IMG/VR virus record: IMGVR_UViG_3300023202_000383
Coordinates: 124,001-188,000 of that record
Length of the DNA: 64,000 bases
Direction: 5' to 3' (one strand)
Shown here: one piece after another, positions 25,657 to 34,339 of the stretch
Layout of the letters: each line of letters starts with the position of its first letter
Position numbering within the stretch: position 1 is the stretch's first letter
Position numbers and translations under genes: made by a program
Notes under the pieces: generated by a model
Told to the model about the DNA's origin: nothing
What the model saw: only the letters and a program-made list of their open reading frames with translations
Databases searched by the model: none

Positions 25657-26069
25657 TTAGATATGCTAGAATCGAAGATTTAGACGACATATTAAGGTTA
25701 TTAGACCAGCTAAGCCCAGCTGATAAAACAGATAGATCGGAATTTGTATTCAGAATGCTCATAAATAATGGGCATTATGTTATAGCTTTATATGAAGATG
25801 GTAATAAAGTAATTGGCACTGCAACTTTGATGGTCAGGATAAATCTGTCTCACGATTGCAGGCCGGTTGGCTATATAGAAAATGTTGTTGTTGATGATTC
25901 GTACAGGGGTCAGGGCATAGGGAAAAAACTTGTTGAAAATCTTCTTGATAAAGCAGACGCTCTGGACTGCTATAAAGTAATATTAGATTGCTCCAAACAC
26001 AATATTAAGTTCTATGAAAAGGTTGGCTTCTCTGTAACTGATGAAGTGAATATGAGAGTTGACCTGTAG
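25653..26069 (+). CDS. GNAT acetyltransferase, glucosamine-6-phosphate N-acetyltransferase (GNA1)-like
   Basis: VGYIENVVVDDSYRGQGIGKKLV, CYKVILDC, FYEKVGF. Confidence 0.88.
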   Translation: MIRYARIEDLDDILRLLDQLSPADKTDRSEFVFRMLINNGHYVIALYEDGNKVIGTATLMVRINLSHDCRPVGYIENVVVDDSYRGQGIGKKLVENLLDKADALDCYKVILDCSKHNIKFYEKVGFSVTDEVNMRVDL

Positions 26070-26098
26070 AACAAAAATATTTATGGAGGATAGGAGAG

Positions 26099-26701
26099 AT
26101 GAGAATATTAATTGCTATGGTCGTGTTGTTGGTGTCGTCTGCTGTTCTAGCAGACAATTTAACTGATTCAGAACGTAAAGAAAAAGCCGATGTTGTGCGT
26201 TCTGAATTGGCGCATAATCAAATGCAGAGGCGAATGATAATTGAGAGAGCCAAGATGCTCAACTCTGCTATGGTTATGCTGCGTAAAGAACGCCCTGATG
26301 CCAGTGACGAAGACAAGAAAGAAATCGACAAGAGAATTGATCGCCTAAAGCTTGAGCTGCAATCTCTTAGAATAGAGTCTTTGAGGTTGTCGCATTCTAG
26401 AATGCGACTAATCCATGAGCAAAATCGAGATCGTGCAAGAGAAAAAGAAAAGCCGCCAGTCTTCAAAATGAGGACTAGGTATAAGATTAAGAACAAGAGA
26501 TTTGTGCCAATTCCGCCACATATTGCTGCTACAAGTTACTACTTACGTGACCCACGAACTGGCCAGTATTATTATGTCAATATGCATGATGCTGGGTCTG
26601 CAACGCCTGGACTAAGGCACGCTCCTAGGCAGCCGAAGGTTCTTAAGTATGATTATGAGAGATATCACAAATATAATCCAGTCGAATCTAAAAGTAAGTG
26701 A
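26099..26701 (+). CDS. secreted coiled-coil protein (signal peptide)
   Basis: MRILIAMVVLLVSSAVLA-D signal-like N-terminus. Confidence 0.7.
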   Translation: MRILIAMVVLLVSSAVLADNLTDSERKEKADVVRSELAHNQMQRRMIIERAKMLNSAMVMLRKERPDASDEDKKEIDKRIDRLKLELQSLRIESLRLSHSRMRLIHEQNRDRAREKEKPPVFKMRTRYKIKNKRFVPIPPHIAATSYYLRDPRTGQYYYVNMHDAGSATPGLRHAPRQPKVLKYDYERYHKYNPVESKSK

Positions 26702-27276
26702 TATCAAGCATATATAAATGCATATTTGTGCACATCCCGCGAACGGGCGGCACCAGTATAGAGAAGCAGCTTAATCCTTCTCTTAGGGATGGCGTAAAGA
26801 GCGGTCATTCTAAACACATGACCGCTAAGCAGATTTATAGTTTACATCCTGATGCGTGGGACAAGTACTTCAAATTCTCATTTGTTAGAAACCCATGGGA
26901 CAGAATGGTATCTATGTACTACCAAGGATTCTATAATAATCCTAAAATTCCAACTAGATATTATGGGCATAAATCAGGACATTCTTTAGAAGAATTTATT
27001 GAATGGTGGAAGCCCACCAAATGGGAAAAGCTGCTGCAAGTAGAATATTTTGACCATAGTGAGATGGACTTTATTGGTAGGTTTGAGAGACGCAGTAGGG
27101 ATTTGACATACATCTCTGATCAGATAGGTCTAGATTTGACAAGCAGCATAAAACTTCGTCCTAGTCGCGGCAGGCCGAAGGATTATACGAAGCTTTATAC
27201 TAGGCAAGCAATTAAAACGGTAGAAAACAGATTCGCAGAAGATATTGAAGCGTTTGGATATAAATTTGGAAAATAA
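26698..27276 (+). CDS. sulfotransferase family 2 protein
   Basis: FVHIPRTGGTSI, FSFVRNPWDRMVSMY, DFIGRFE. Confidence 0.9.
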   Translation: MISSIYKCIFVHIPRTGGTSIEKQLNPSLRDGVKSGHSKHMTAKQIYSLHPDAWDKYFKFSFVRNPWDRMVSMYYQGFYNNPKIPTRYYGHKSGHSLEEFIEWWKPTKWEKLLQVEYFDHSEMDFIGRFERRSRDLTYISDQIGLDLTSSIKLRPSRGRPKDYTKLYTRQAIKTVENRFAEDIEAFGYKFGK

Positions 27277-27286
27277 AATATAAAAT

Positions 27287-27733
27287 ATGGAAGATTCGAC
27301 TAAGAAAACAATATATAAAACTGTTGCCAGTGTTTTGGCTGGCGCTGTACTAACTTGGGGCACTTGGGTAACGGTTAATATATATGGGTCGCAAAGCAAG
27401 CAAGCAGAATATGACACATATATTCAAGCGGCGTTTAGTACTCTTGCTAAAGCAGAAGAAATGGCATCTAAAGCCGATAGAGAGTCATATGCTAACAGCA
27501 AAGTAAACGAAATGCTGGTTCAAATAATGTCTGGACATGGCATAGATCCAGAAAAAGTTAAAAACGCTCTAGAAAGTGTTGATCCAACAGAAGATGGCGC
27601 AGAAGAGGACAGGAGCTTGCCTAATAGGAATACAAGCTCGGATCGTAGCTCTCCACCCAGGACAATTACTGGAGAAGAGTTAGATAGATACATGCAACGC
27701 CAGGTCCAGCAGGTAGCACCCGCTGGAAAATAG
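27287..27733 (+). CDS. single-TM membrane protein
   Basis: N-terminal hydrophobic helix. Confidence 0.65.
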   Translation: MEDSTKKTIYKTVASVLAGAVLTWGTWVTVNIYGSQSKQAEYDTYIQAAFSTLAKAEEMASKADRESYANSKVNEMLVQIMSGHGIDPEKVKNALESVDPTEDGAEEDRSLPNRNTSSDRSSPPRTITGEELDRYMQRQVQQVAPAGK

Positions 27734-27739
27734 ATTTAA

Positions 27740-27821
27740 GCCCCCATGATGGAATTGGCAGACATGTGGCACTCAAAATGCCATGCCGCAAGGCGTGTAG
27801 GTTCGAATCCTACTGGGGGTA
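27740..27821 (+). tRNA. tRNA-Leu(CAA)
   Basis: TGGCA-CTCAAAA-TGCCA; long variable arm. Confidence 0.92.
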
Positions 27822-27823
27822 TT

Positions 27824-28477
27824 GGGCCTGTAGCTCAGTTTGGCCAGAGCGTTCAGGATTGTACTTTTGTCCACAAATTCGAGCAAATATGATAAATGGA
27901 TAAATGGAAAAACGAACAGTATCTTACTAAATTAATATCAAGCGGATTGACTCAAAGAGAAATTGCAAAAGAATGCAATGTTAGTCAATCGACAATAAAA
28001 TATTGGCTTAAAAAGTTTAGCCTAAAAACAAGCAATGACAATAAACCACGACCACGACCACGACCACGACCACAATGTAGATACTGCGGTGACGACAAGC
28101 TTGAGTCATTTTACAGAAAACAACGCAGAATGTGCAAAAAATGCGACGCAAAAAGAATAGTGGAATTGTCAAGGTCCAAAAAAGCTAGAGCTGTTGAATA
28201 CAAAGGCGGTGAATGCGAACGATGTGGATATCATAAATATCATGGGTCATTGGCGTTCCATCATGTAGATCCATCTTCAAAGGATCCAAATTTTAATTCT
28301 ATGAATTTATGGAAATGGGATAGAATAAAAGAAGAAATTGATAAATGTATGCTATTGTGCACTAACTGTCATCAAGAATTGCACGGTGGTGTTTGGGCGA
28401 TTGGCGCAGATGGCTAGCGCGCCGGTGTTAGTGCTTACACCGCATGTGAGTCGGGGGTTCGAGTCCCTCCAGGCCCA
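27824..28477 (+). pseudogene. tRNA split by an HNH gene (5' half 27824-27851; T-arm and acceptor 3' half ~28447-28477)
   Basis: GGGCCTG plus D-arm upstream of the HNH pairs perfectly with CAGGCCC-A downstream; a second tRNA 5' half GGGCGAT starts at 28395. Confidence 0.75.
27896..28417 (+). CDS. HNH homing endonuclease with N-terminal HTH
   Basis: TQREIAKECNVSQSTIKYW; YKGGECERCGY...AFHHVDP...CMLLCTNCHQELH; ACCACG repeat at 28045-28072. Confidence 0.88.
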   Translation: MDKWKNEQYLTKLISSGLTQREIAKECNVSQSTIKYWLKKFSLKTSNDNKPRPRPRPRPQCRYCGDDKLESFYRKQRRMCKKCDAKRIVELSRSKKARAVEYKGGECERCGYHKYHGSLAFHHVDPSSKDPNFNSMNLWKWDRIKEEIDKCMLLCTNCHQELHGGVWAIGADG

Positions 28478-28555
28478 TTACATAATGCCCCCAGTTCGAT
28501 CCTGAGATCGCCCATTATAAATTTTTGTTGTTTGCTATGTTATGTACATTAAAAC

Positions 28556-29137
28556 ATGGCAGATCCCAAAAAAGCCCAAGAAATTTTAAGAGAATACTTC
28601 AAGAGCGTCTCCAAAGAGCAATTTCTCAAAGACGTTGAAGAATCCAGTCCAGGATTCTTAAAAGAATGCGCCGATGTAGCTCAACTGGCAGAGCAGCCGC
28701 CTCATGAGCGGTATGTTGGGGGTTCGAATCCCTCCATCGGTATTACAGTAGTTGCTTCGGCATTAGTGCCGGGCAATGGTAAGATCTTGCTTGGTAAACG
28801 TAAGAAAAGTACCAGCCAATGGTGGGGCATGCCTGGCGGGAAGGTTGAATTTGGCGAAAACCCTATCGAGGCTGTAAAGCGAGAAGTCTTCGAGGAGACA
28901 AACCTTAAGATTGATAAATTAAGCTTGTTCGATGTTGTGTCATGGGTGGGAGAAAATGGGCACAAGATAGTTATAATTTACGCAGCAAGGTCGAAAACCG
29001 GCGAGCTTAAGAATATGGAGCCCGATAAGTTCGAAGAGTGGCGATATTTTGGCGTAGATGAATTATCAGAAACCGGCAACCCTTCCATCGGGAAGTACCA
29101 AAATGAAGAAGATTTCTGGTGGAGATTTTGGAAATGA
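28556..29137 (+). CDS. NUDIX hydrolase; the reading frame runs through a tRNA gene
   Basis: Nudix box GGKVEFGENPIEAVKREVFEETNL; domain starts right after tRNA 28670-28742. Confidence 0.75.
   Translation: MADPKKAQEILREYFKSVSKEQFLKDVEESSPGFLKECADVAQLAEQPPHERYVGGSNPSIGITVVASALVPGNGKILLGKRKKSTSQWWGMPGGKVEFGENPIEAVKREVFEETNLKIDKLSLFDVVSWVGENGHKIVIIYAARSKTGELKNMEPDKFEEWRYFGVDELSETGNPSIGKYQNEEDFWWRFWK
28670..28742 (+). tRNA. tRNA-Met(CAT)-type
   Basis: GCCGATG/CATCGGT; GCCGC-CTCATGA-GCGGT. Confidence 0.85.
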
Positions 29138-29361
29138 CAGAAGAGAATGCTAGAAAACAGGCGAAGAAAATCGCTGAAAAGATCCAAGTCGAAGCGAGAA
29201 AAGAACGAGAAAAGTACCACGACATTATCATGCGGGGCGGAAATGCCTCGGAATATGGAATGAGAGGAGATGTCGAATTAATAACCGACATTCTCGCTCC
29301 TGAAATTCTTAAAATAAGTAGAAAATTGCCATTCTCTGATGATCCCGACTTCACTTTCTGA
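29134..29361 (+). CDS. hypothetical protein
   Basis: ATGA overlap with the NUDIX stop. Confidence 0.55.
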   Translation: MTEENARKQAKKIAEKIQVEARKEREKYHDIIMRGGNASEYGMRGDVELITDILAPEILKISRKLPFSDDPDFTF

Positions 29362-29363
29362 AT

Positions 29364-29436
29364 GGCACCTTAGCTCAGTTGGCAGAGCGGCTCTCTTGTA
29401 AAGAGCAGGTCGTCGGTTCAAGCCCGACAGGTGCCT
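29364..29436 (+). tRNA. tRNA-Thr(TGT)
   Basis: GCTCT-CTTGTAA-AGAGC. Confidence 0.92.
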
Positions 29437-29438
29437 TT

Positions 29439-29990
29439 ATGAATTACTTTACAATATCGATAGCGTTTTATGCTGGCGCATCTATTATCACTTTGGTAAT
29501 GATGCTTGGCTCATATTGTGAGAATGTGTGTTGTAAAAGAAATTATTCTCATAGTATAAAAGTGTTGTTATTGATATTCGCTTGTTCGTGCTTATGGCCG
29601 ATTCTTTTGGTATATACTACAATATATCTTTGTGATTTGAGATCGAAAACAAAATCATGTGAGGATGATCGCTCTGAAAGAATATCGCACATTGTGTTTG
29701 ATAAGCCAGTCGATTCCGGTCAGTGGATTACTGGAATAACTATACGCAAACCGGCGATTTCTCCAGATCCAGATACAGAGGCCAGATTAAAATTTGATAT
29801 CGATATCGAGTTAGATAGTCCGTTATCTGGTATAGGGGCACAATCATCGGCATCTACTAAAGTATATATGAATGATAGCGGCGAACTAGAATTTGTCGAT
29901 GGAGATCTTGTTAAAGCAGGCAATCTTGATATTGCAATAGATACTATAGAAAAGATCATTGGTTGGCATTTTGATGGGATACTTAAGTAA
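29439..29990 (+). CDS. membrane protein
   Basis: ATG 3 nt after the tRNA discriminator; two TM segments. Confidence 0.65.
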   Translation: MNYFTISIAFYAGASIITLVMMLGSYCENVCCKRNYSHSIKVLLLIFACSCLWPILLVYTTIYLCDLRSKTKSCEDDRSERISHIVFDKPVDSGQWITGITIRKPAISPDPDTEARLKFDIDIELDSPLSGIGAQSSASTKVYMNDSGELEFVDGDLVKAGNLDIAIDTIEKIIGWHFDGILK

Positions 29991-30023
29991 GTGGTCACGG
30001 TTAAATTGGCCGGGTAGCCAAAT

Positions 30024-30108
30024 GCACGGTTGGCCGAGTGGTTGAAGGCGTTGGCCTGCAAAGCCAATGGGCGGAAGCTCCACGTGGGTTCGAATCCCTC
30101 ACCGTGCT
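30024..30108 (+). tRNA. tRNA-Cys(GCA) with a long variable arm
   Basis: TTGGC-CTGCAAA-GCCAA; U73; 16-nt variable region. Confidence 0.85.
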
Positions 30109-30126
30109 TTTGCCAAAGGTTTGATT

Positions 30127-30492
30127 ATGAATAAAATAACTTTTAATCAATTCATTCCTGGCAAAGAGACTCTGGTACATATAAATGTTGTTCGTGTAGT
30201 GTCTATGAATGAAGTTGGCGACATAGAGGAAGATATCGCCAATCCTTCAAAATCTGTATTTCTTGAATTAACCGTACGTAATAATGCTAATATTAGTTTT
30301 ACTATCATAACTGATGGTGACAGTTGGGCCAATGTAGCAAAAGTTTTGGCCGATATTTACAGCTATGATAGTCTTGGTGCTGACATGAAGTATAGAATTG
30401 TAGACATGTCTGACTTAATTCAACTAACCACGGCAGACCAAGACAAAATAAAATCTAATATCCAAAAATTCTTGGAAGATTTAGACATATGA
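30127..30492 (+). CDS. hypothetical protein
   Basis: internal ATG after the tRNA. Confidence 0.65.
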   Translation: MNKITFNQFIPGKETLVHINVVRVVSMNEVGDIEEDIANPSKSVFLELTVRNNANISFTIITDGDSWANVAKVLADIYSYDSLGADMKYRIVDMSDLIQLTTADQDKIKSNIQKFLEDLDI

Positions 30493-31067
30493 GATCGATA
30501 ATCCATGTTGGTGCACATAGAGGTCAGGAAGCCAAGAAATATCATAATTCTGGGTCGCAAGTTGTGTGGGTCGAGGCAATACCGTGGATCTTCTTAGACC
30601 TCCAGGAGAAAATTAAAAAATATAAAAATCAAGTTGCCATAAATGCATTGGTGTCAGACAAGCATGATTCTGAATATAACTTTAAAATATCAAATAATAG
30701 AGATGGTGTAAGTTCATCTATATATGAATTCGGTAAAGATGGAAATGAAATGTTCGACATCTCTATGTGCAGTTCTATATTGTTGCGTAGCACTACATTA
30801 AAAATGCTGTTTGATAATTATAGGTTGCATAAAAGAAATATTGAGCATATGGTTCTGGATGTTCAAGGTGCAGAACTGTTGGTATTAAAAGGTGCCGGTT
30901 CTCTGCTAGGTCAGTTCAAGATTATTAAAACCGAAGTGAGTACGGTTGAAGTTTACAAAGATGGCGTTCAATGGCCAGAATTGAGACAGTTCTTGAACAA
31001 TAAGGGATTCAAGGAAGTTGCGGCACCATCTAAAGAACATTGCGATGTAGTTTTTAAACGCGTATAA
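30489..31067 (+). CDS. FkbM-family methyltransferase
   Basis: IIHVGAHRGQE, VEAIP, LDVQGAELLVLKG, TEVS. Confidence 0.9.
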   Translation: MRSIIHVGAHRGQEAKKYHNSGSQVVWVEAIPWIFLDLQEKIKKYKNQVAINALVSDKHDSEYNFKISNNRDGVSSSIYEFGKDGNEMFDISMCSSILLRSTTLKMLFDNYRLHKRNIEHMVLDVQGAELLVLKGAGSLLGQFKIIKTEVSTVEVYKDGVQWPELRQFLNNKGFKEVAAPSKEHCDVVFKRV

Positions 31068-31174
31068 TTTCTGTGCAATAATGCGTTTGATATAACGTAT
31101 TCAAAGATAGACTGCGGCAATGGGCCGCAGAAGAAGAGTGGCAGCAATCGGCTGCGAAGAAGAAGGAGATTGTC

Positions 31175-32071
31175 ATGAGTATTGGCGAGAAGTTTCTATC
31201 TGTACGTAGTATCCTCCAAGAGCACAATAAAGTTATTGGCGAAGGAAATGCGGGATTTATAGATCTCGACAAATTTTTTGCCAATATCAAAGCTGCTGGA
31301 GGAACGTCTGAACCCCGCTTAAAATCAATGAAGTATGAGGATATCCTTGCATGCTTCCCTGCAAGCGGGTCTACCGATGGTGGCGTCAAGCCCACAGCAC
31401 TTGCCCGAGACATAGCTAAGGTCTTTAGGGGCAAGGAAGACACAACGGCGAGCCGAAGGCCAGTATCTTCTAGGCGTGCCGAATTGATGCCGCTAAATGA
31501 GCTTATCGGAGCGTTTGATCCCGACGAGCCGGATAACCCCGTAGCGAAGCGGCTTAAAACGATTAGTAGTAATCGACCGTTTATTGTCTACAATGATGGT
31601 GTAGACGTAAATGTCGAGGCTACATATCAATTGCTAAAAGAATTGAAGCAGGGATATCCGCCGAGAGACAGCTTCGATGTAAATGGAGTCCCCAAGAAGA
31701 TATATTCTGTCGGTGACAGGCCAGATAGATTGGTTCCCGAAAATCCAATTTATCACGGAAGGCCGTTGCGTCCCGATGGGACATGTGATCAAACTGGCAG
31801 ATCATGGGATGGTGTCGATAAGGAAGTCAGGCAACTGATACGTATTGGTACCAGGATTGGCGAGATCAAGATCAAGAGTATCGATGATGCCCATTCAGTC
31901 ATGGACCTCGCCATCTCTGAGGATGCTGCTAATAAGTTGAGATCTCGGTACAAGAAAACATCTCTCGAATTTGATAACAAGGACAGATTGGGCAACCTGC
32001 CTAATCTGGTTGTAGAATTAGGTAAGTCCGGCTCTAGCTTTCCGGACGGCAAAAAAGTTCTTTTGGGCTAA
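31175..32071 (+). CDS. conserved hypothetical phage protein
   Basis: 298-aa ORF; AGGAG SD. Confidence 0.8.
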   Translation: MSIGEKFLSVRSILQEHNKVIGEGNAGFIDLDKFFANIKAAGGTSEPRLKSMKYEDILACFPASGSTDGGVKPTALARDIAKVFRGKEDTTASRRPVSSRRAELMPLNELIGAFDPDEPDNPVAKRLKTISSNRPFIVYNDGVDVNVEATYQLLKELKQGYPPRDSFDVNGVPKKIYSVGDRPDRLVPENPIYHGRPLRPDGTCDQTGRSWDGVDKEVRQLIRIGTRIGEIKIKSIDDAHSVMDLAISEDAANKLRSRYKKTSLEFDNKDRLGNLPNLVVELGKSGSSFPDGKKVLLG

Positions 32072-32089
32072 ATTGACAAGGAGACAAAA

Positions 32090-32878
32090 ATGTCTGGAAA
32101 AGCTCATGTTGCGATTGTTTTAGATAGGTCGGGCTCGATGTTCGACAAGGTCGAAGAAACTGTTAAAGGTTTCAACGAGCAGGTTCAGCAGGTAAAGCAC
32201 AATGCTGAGGAGATTGAAACCGAAGTGTCATTGATCACATTTAATGGCAATGTCTTCGAACACTTATGGAACGAACCTGCTGGTTCGTTGGTCGAGACAA
32301 CTGCTGAAGGTTATGAGCCCAGTGGAGTAACGGCTATGTACGATGCTCTTGGGTATGTGGTTGACAAATTTAAGGAAACTACTGATTATCAGAATGAAGA
32401 CAATACATATCTGATAGTTGTGATTTCCGATGGTGATGAAAATTCATCTCGTCATTACAATTCGAGTTCTATAAAAGAGATAGTCGAGGGATGCCAAGCG
32501 ACTGGAAGATGGACGTTTACATTTATCGGCTGCGATAAGAGTTCTCTTGAGAAGTTAGCTAGGGCAACTAGCGTCCCAGTTAGCAATATGGCTGCTGTCG
32601 ATTGGAGTGCCAGGAATGCTGTGTCGGCTGGATTTGCTGCCACTGCGGCCAACACTGGTAGATACTTGAGAAGCAGGGGCGAGGGCGTTATCAGAACTGC
32701 CAATTTGTATAGTAAAACTGACAATTTGGTGGATATATCAGCAGACAATGCCGACATGATTGTTGACAATCTTGCGGATGAATCTGGTAATGTGTTAAAG
32801 ACCACTACCAATGTGCTTGGGTCCGGCAATGTGCTTGGATCCGGTAAGCAAGTTACGATTAGCCGCAGCGATTCTTAA
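32090..32878 (+). CDS. von Willebrand factor A domain protein
   Basis: IVLDRSGSM MIDAS motif, TAMYDALG, ISDGDENSS. Confidence 0.92.
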   Translation: MSGKAHVAIVLDRSGSMFDKVEETVKGFNEQVQQVKHNAEEIETEVSLITFNGNVFEHLWNEPAGSLVETTAEGYEPSGVTAMYDALGYVVDKFKETTDYQNEDNTYLIVVISDGDENSSRHYNSSSIKEIVEGCQATGRWTFTFIGCDKSSLEKLARATSVPVSNMAAVDWSARNAVSAGFAATAANTGRYLRSRGEGVIRTANLYSKTDNLVDISADNADMIVDNLADESGNVLKTTTNVLGSGNVLGSGKQVTISRSDS

Positions 32879-33866
32879 CGTACCAGTCGATCGTTCGTTT
32901 TAGACCTTCATCAAGGCCTACCTTGGGTTCCCATCCGAGGTAGGCCTTTGCTTTAGATATATCTAGGCATCGCCTTGGCTGCCCGTCCGGTTTTGATGAA
33001 TCCCACACTATCTCACCTTCGTATCCACATAAATCGGCTATTTTGTTGGATAAATCTCTTATTGTGATTTCGCTGCCTGTGCCGAGGTTTATTGGCGTGG
33101 GGTTATCAACCTTTTTGGTGATTTCGATTATTCCATCTGCTGCATCACCCACATATAGGAATTCTCTGCTTGCAGATCCTGTGCCCCAACATTCTACTTG
33201 TGGCTTCCTGTTTTCTTTAGCTTCCAAAAATTTTCGAATAAGAGCTGGTATTACGTGGCTGGTTTCTAAATTGAAGTTGTCTTCGGGTCCGTAAAGATTT
33301 ACTGGCACTGGAATAGCACTACGCATTCCATACTCTCTATTATATGCATCTAGCATGACGAATAGAGATTTCTTAGCAACACCATATGGGGCGTTTGTTT
33401 CTTCAGGGTATCCATTCCATATGTCGTCTTCATTAAACGGCACTGGTGTGAATTTTGGATATGCGCACACTGTACCAACTTGGATAAATTTATATATGCC
33501 TCTTTTTCTAGATTCTTCGATTAAATTAAGACCCATAGCTATATTGGCAAAAAAGAATCTGCCGGGCCGCTTCATATTTGCACCTATCCCGCCGACTTCT
33601 GCTGCTAGATGAATCACAATTGTGTGTCTAGGATCCCTGCATATTGTTTGGAACATTTCTTTTGCGTGGCTTGATTGAGTCAGATCAAATCGCTTACTTC
33701 TAGGAATCCATATGGATCTGCACCCTATATCTGATAATTTTTTGACTAGTGGCTTACCCAGGAAGCCCGCACCACCTGTTACAATAAAATCAAATCTCGA
33801 AAGGTCCAAATCATCCTCCTTGAATGTTTGGCAATCCTTGTCTCTGTTTGAACATGTGGGCATCAC
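32859..33866 (-). CDS. fcl: GDP-L-fucose synthase
   Basis: VTGGAGFLG, IHLAAEVGGIGAN, GTVCAYPKF, PYGVAKK, NLYGPEDNF, SHVIPALI, WGTGSASREFLYV. Confidence 0.92.
   Translation of the reverse strand: MMPTCSNRDKDCQTFKEDDLDLSRFDFIVTGGAGFLGKPLVKKLSDIGCRSIWIPRSKRFDLTQSSHAKEMFQTICRDPRHTIVIHLAAEVGGIGANMKRPGRFFFANIAMGLNLIEESRKRGIYKFIQVGTVCAYPKFTPVPFNEDDIWNGYPEETNAPYGVAKKSLFVMLDAYNREYGMRSAIPVPVNLYGPEDNFNLETSHVIPALIRKFLEAKENRKPQVECWGTGSASREFLYVGDAADGIIEITKKVDNPTPINLGTGSEITIRDLSNKIADLCGYEGEIVWDSSKPDGQPRRCLDISKAKAYLGWEPKVGLDEGLKRTIDWYVKNRCG
32913..32948. terminator. hairpin between converging genes
   Basis: AAGGCCTACCTTGGG / CCGAGGTAGGCCTT inverted repeat just after the VWA stop. Confidence 0.5.
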
Positions 33867-34224
33867 GTCGAATATTATATTCTGGGTTGGGCTTCATAAC
33901 CCTATTTACTTTTATCTTTCCGGAGTCTCTATTGATGCTGCTTCTCTTGTAGCCCTTTTTGTGTATGGCGGGCGATTTGTATTGCGAGCGGAATTCCGTT
34001 TCTTGATCTTGTTTAGATTTGCTGGGCAGGTTTCTCAATGTATCGTTGATATCTCTAAGAGCATTTACATCGTCAATTGATAGATCAGCTATATCTATCT
34101 TAGATGCATTTTTTATTATCTCATCTATTATTGTGCCGTTGTCAGTCTCGGAGTATGATTCTGTTTCGCCAATAATTGAGTTGAGTTTAGATTCAAAATC
34201 AGTCGTTTTATAGTTTATATTCAT
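33811..34224 (-). CDS. hypothetical protein
   Basis: 137-aa ORF. Confidence 0.6.
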   Translation of the reverse strand: MNINYKTTDFESKLNSIIGETESYSETDNGTIIDEIIKNASKIDIADLSIDDVNALRDINDTLRNLPSKSKQDQETEFRSQYKSPAIHKKGYKRSSINRDSGKIKVNRVMKPNPEYNIRRDAHMFKQRQGLPNIQGG

Positions 34225-34240
34225 ATTATATCTTTGGATA

Positions 34241-34275
34241 AGAAAAGACCCGTTGATGCGGTCTGCACCAACGGG
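34241..34275 (-). terminator. intrinsic terminator downstream of RNR
   Basis: CCCGTTGGTGC/GCATCAACGGG plus TCTTTTCT on the minus strand. Confidence 0.7.
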
Positions 34276-34339
34276 CCTGGATCCCGGCCAGCGGACCTCC
34301 CGCCGACTTCACGGGATGCCTATTACTGTGTGATTTCTT

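Noticed and set aside
27852-28446. Group I intron in the split tRNA
   Set aside because: The non-coding flanks are about 45 nt and about 30 nt, too short for a P3-P7 core, and no R/S elements are visible.
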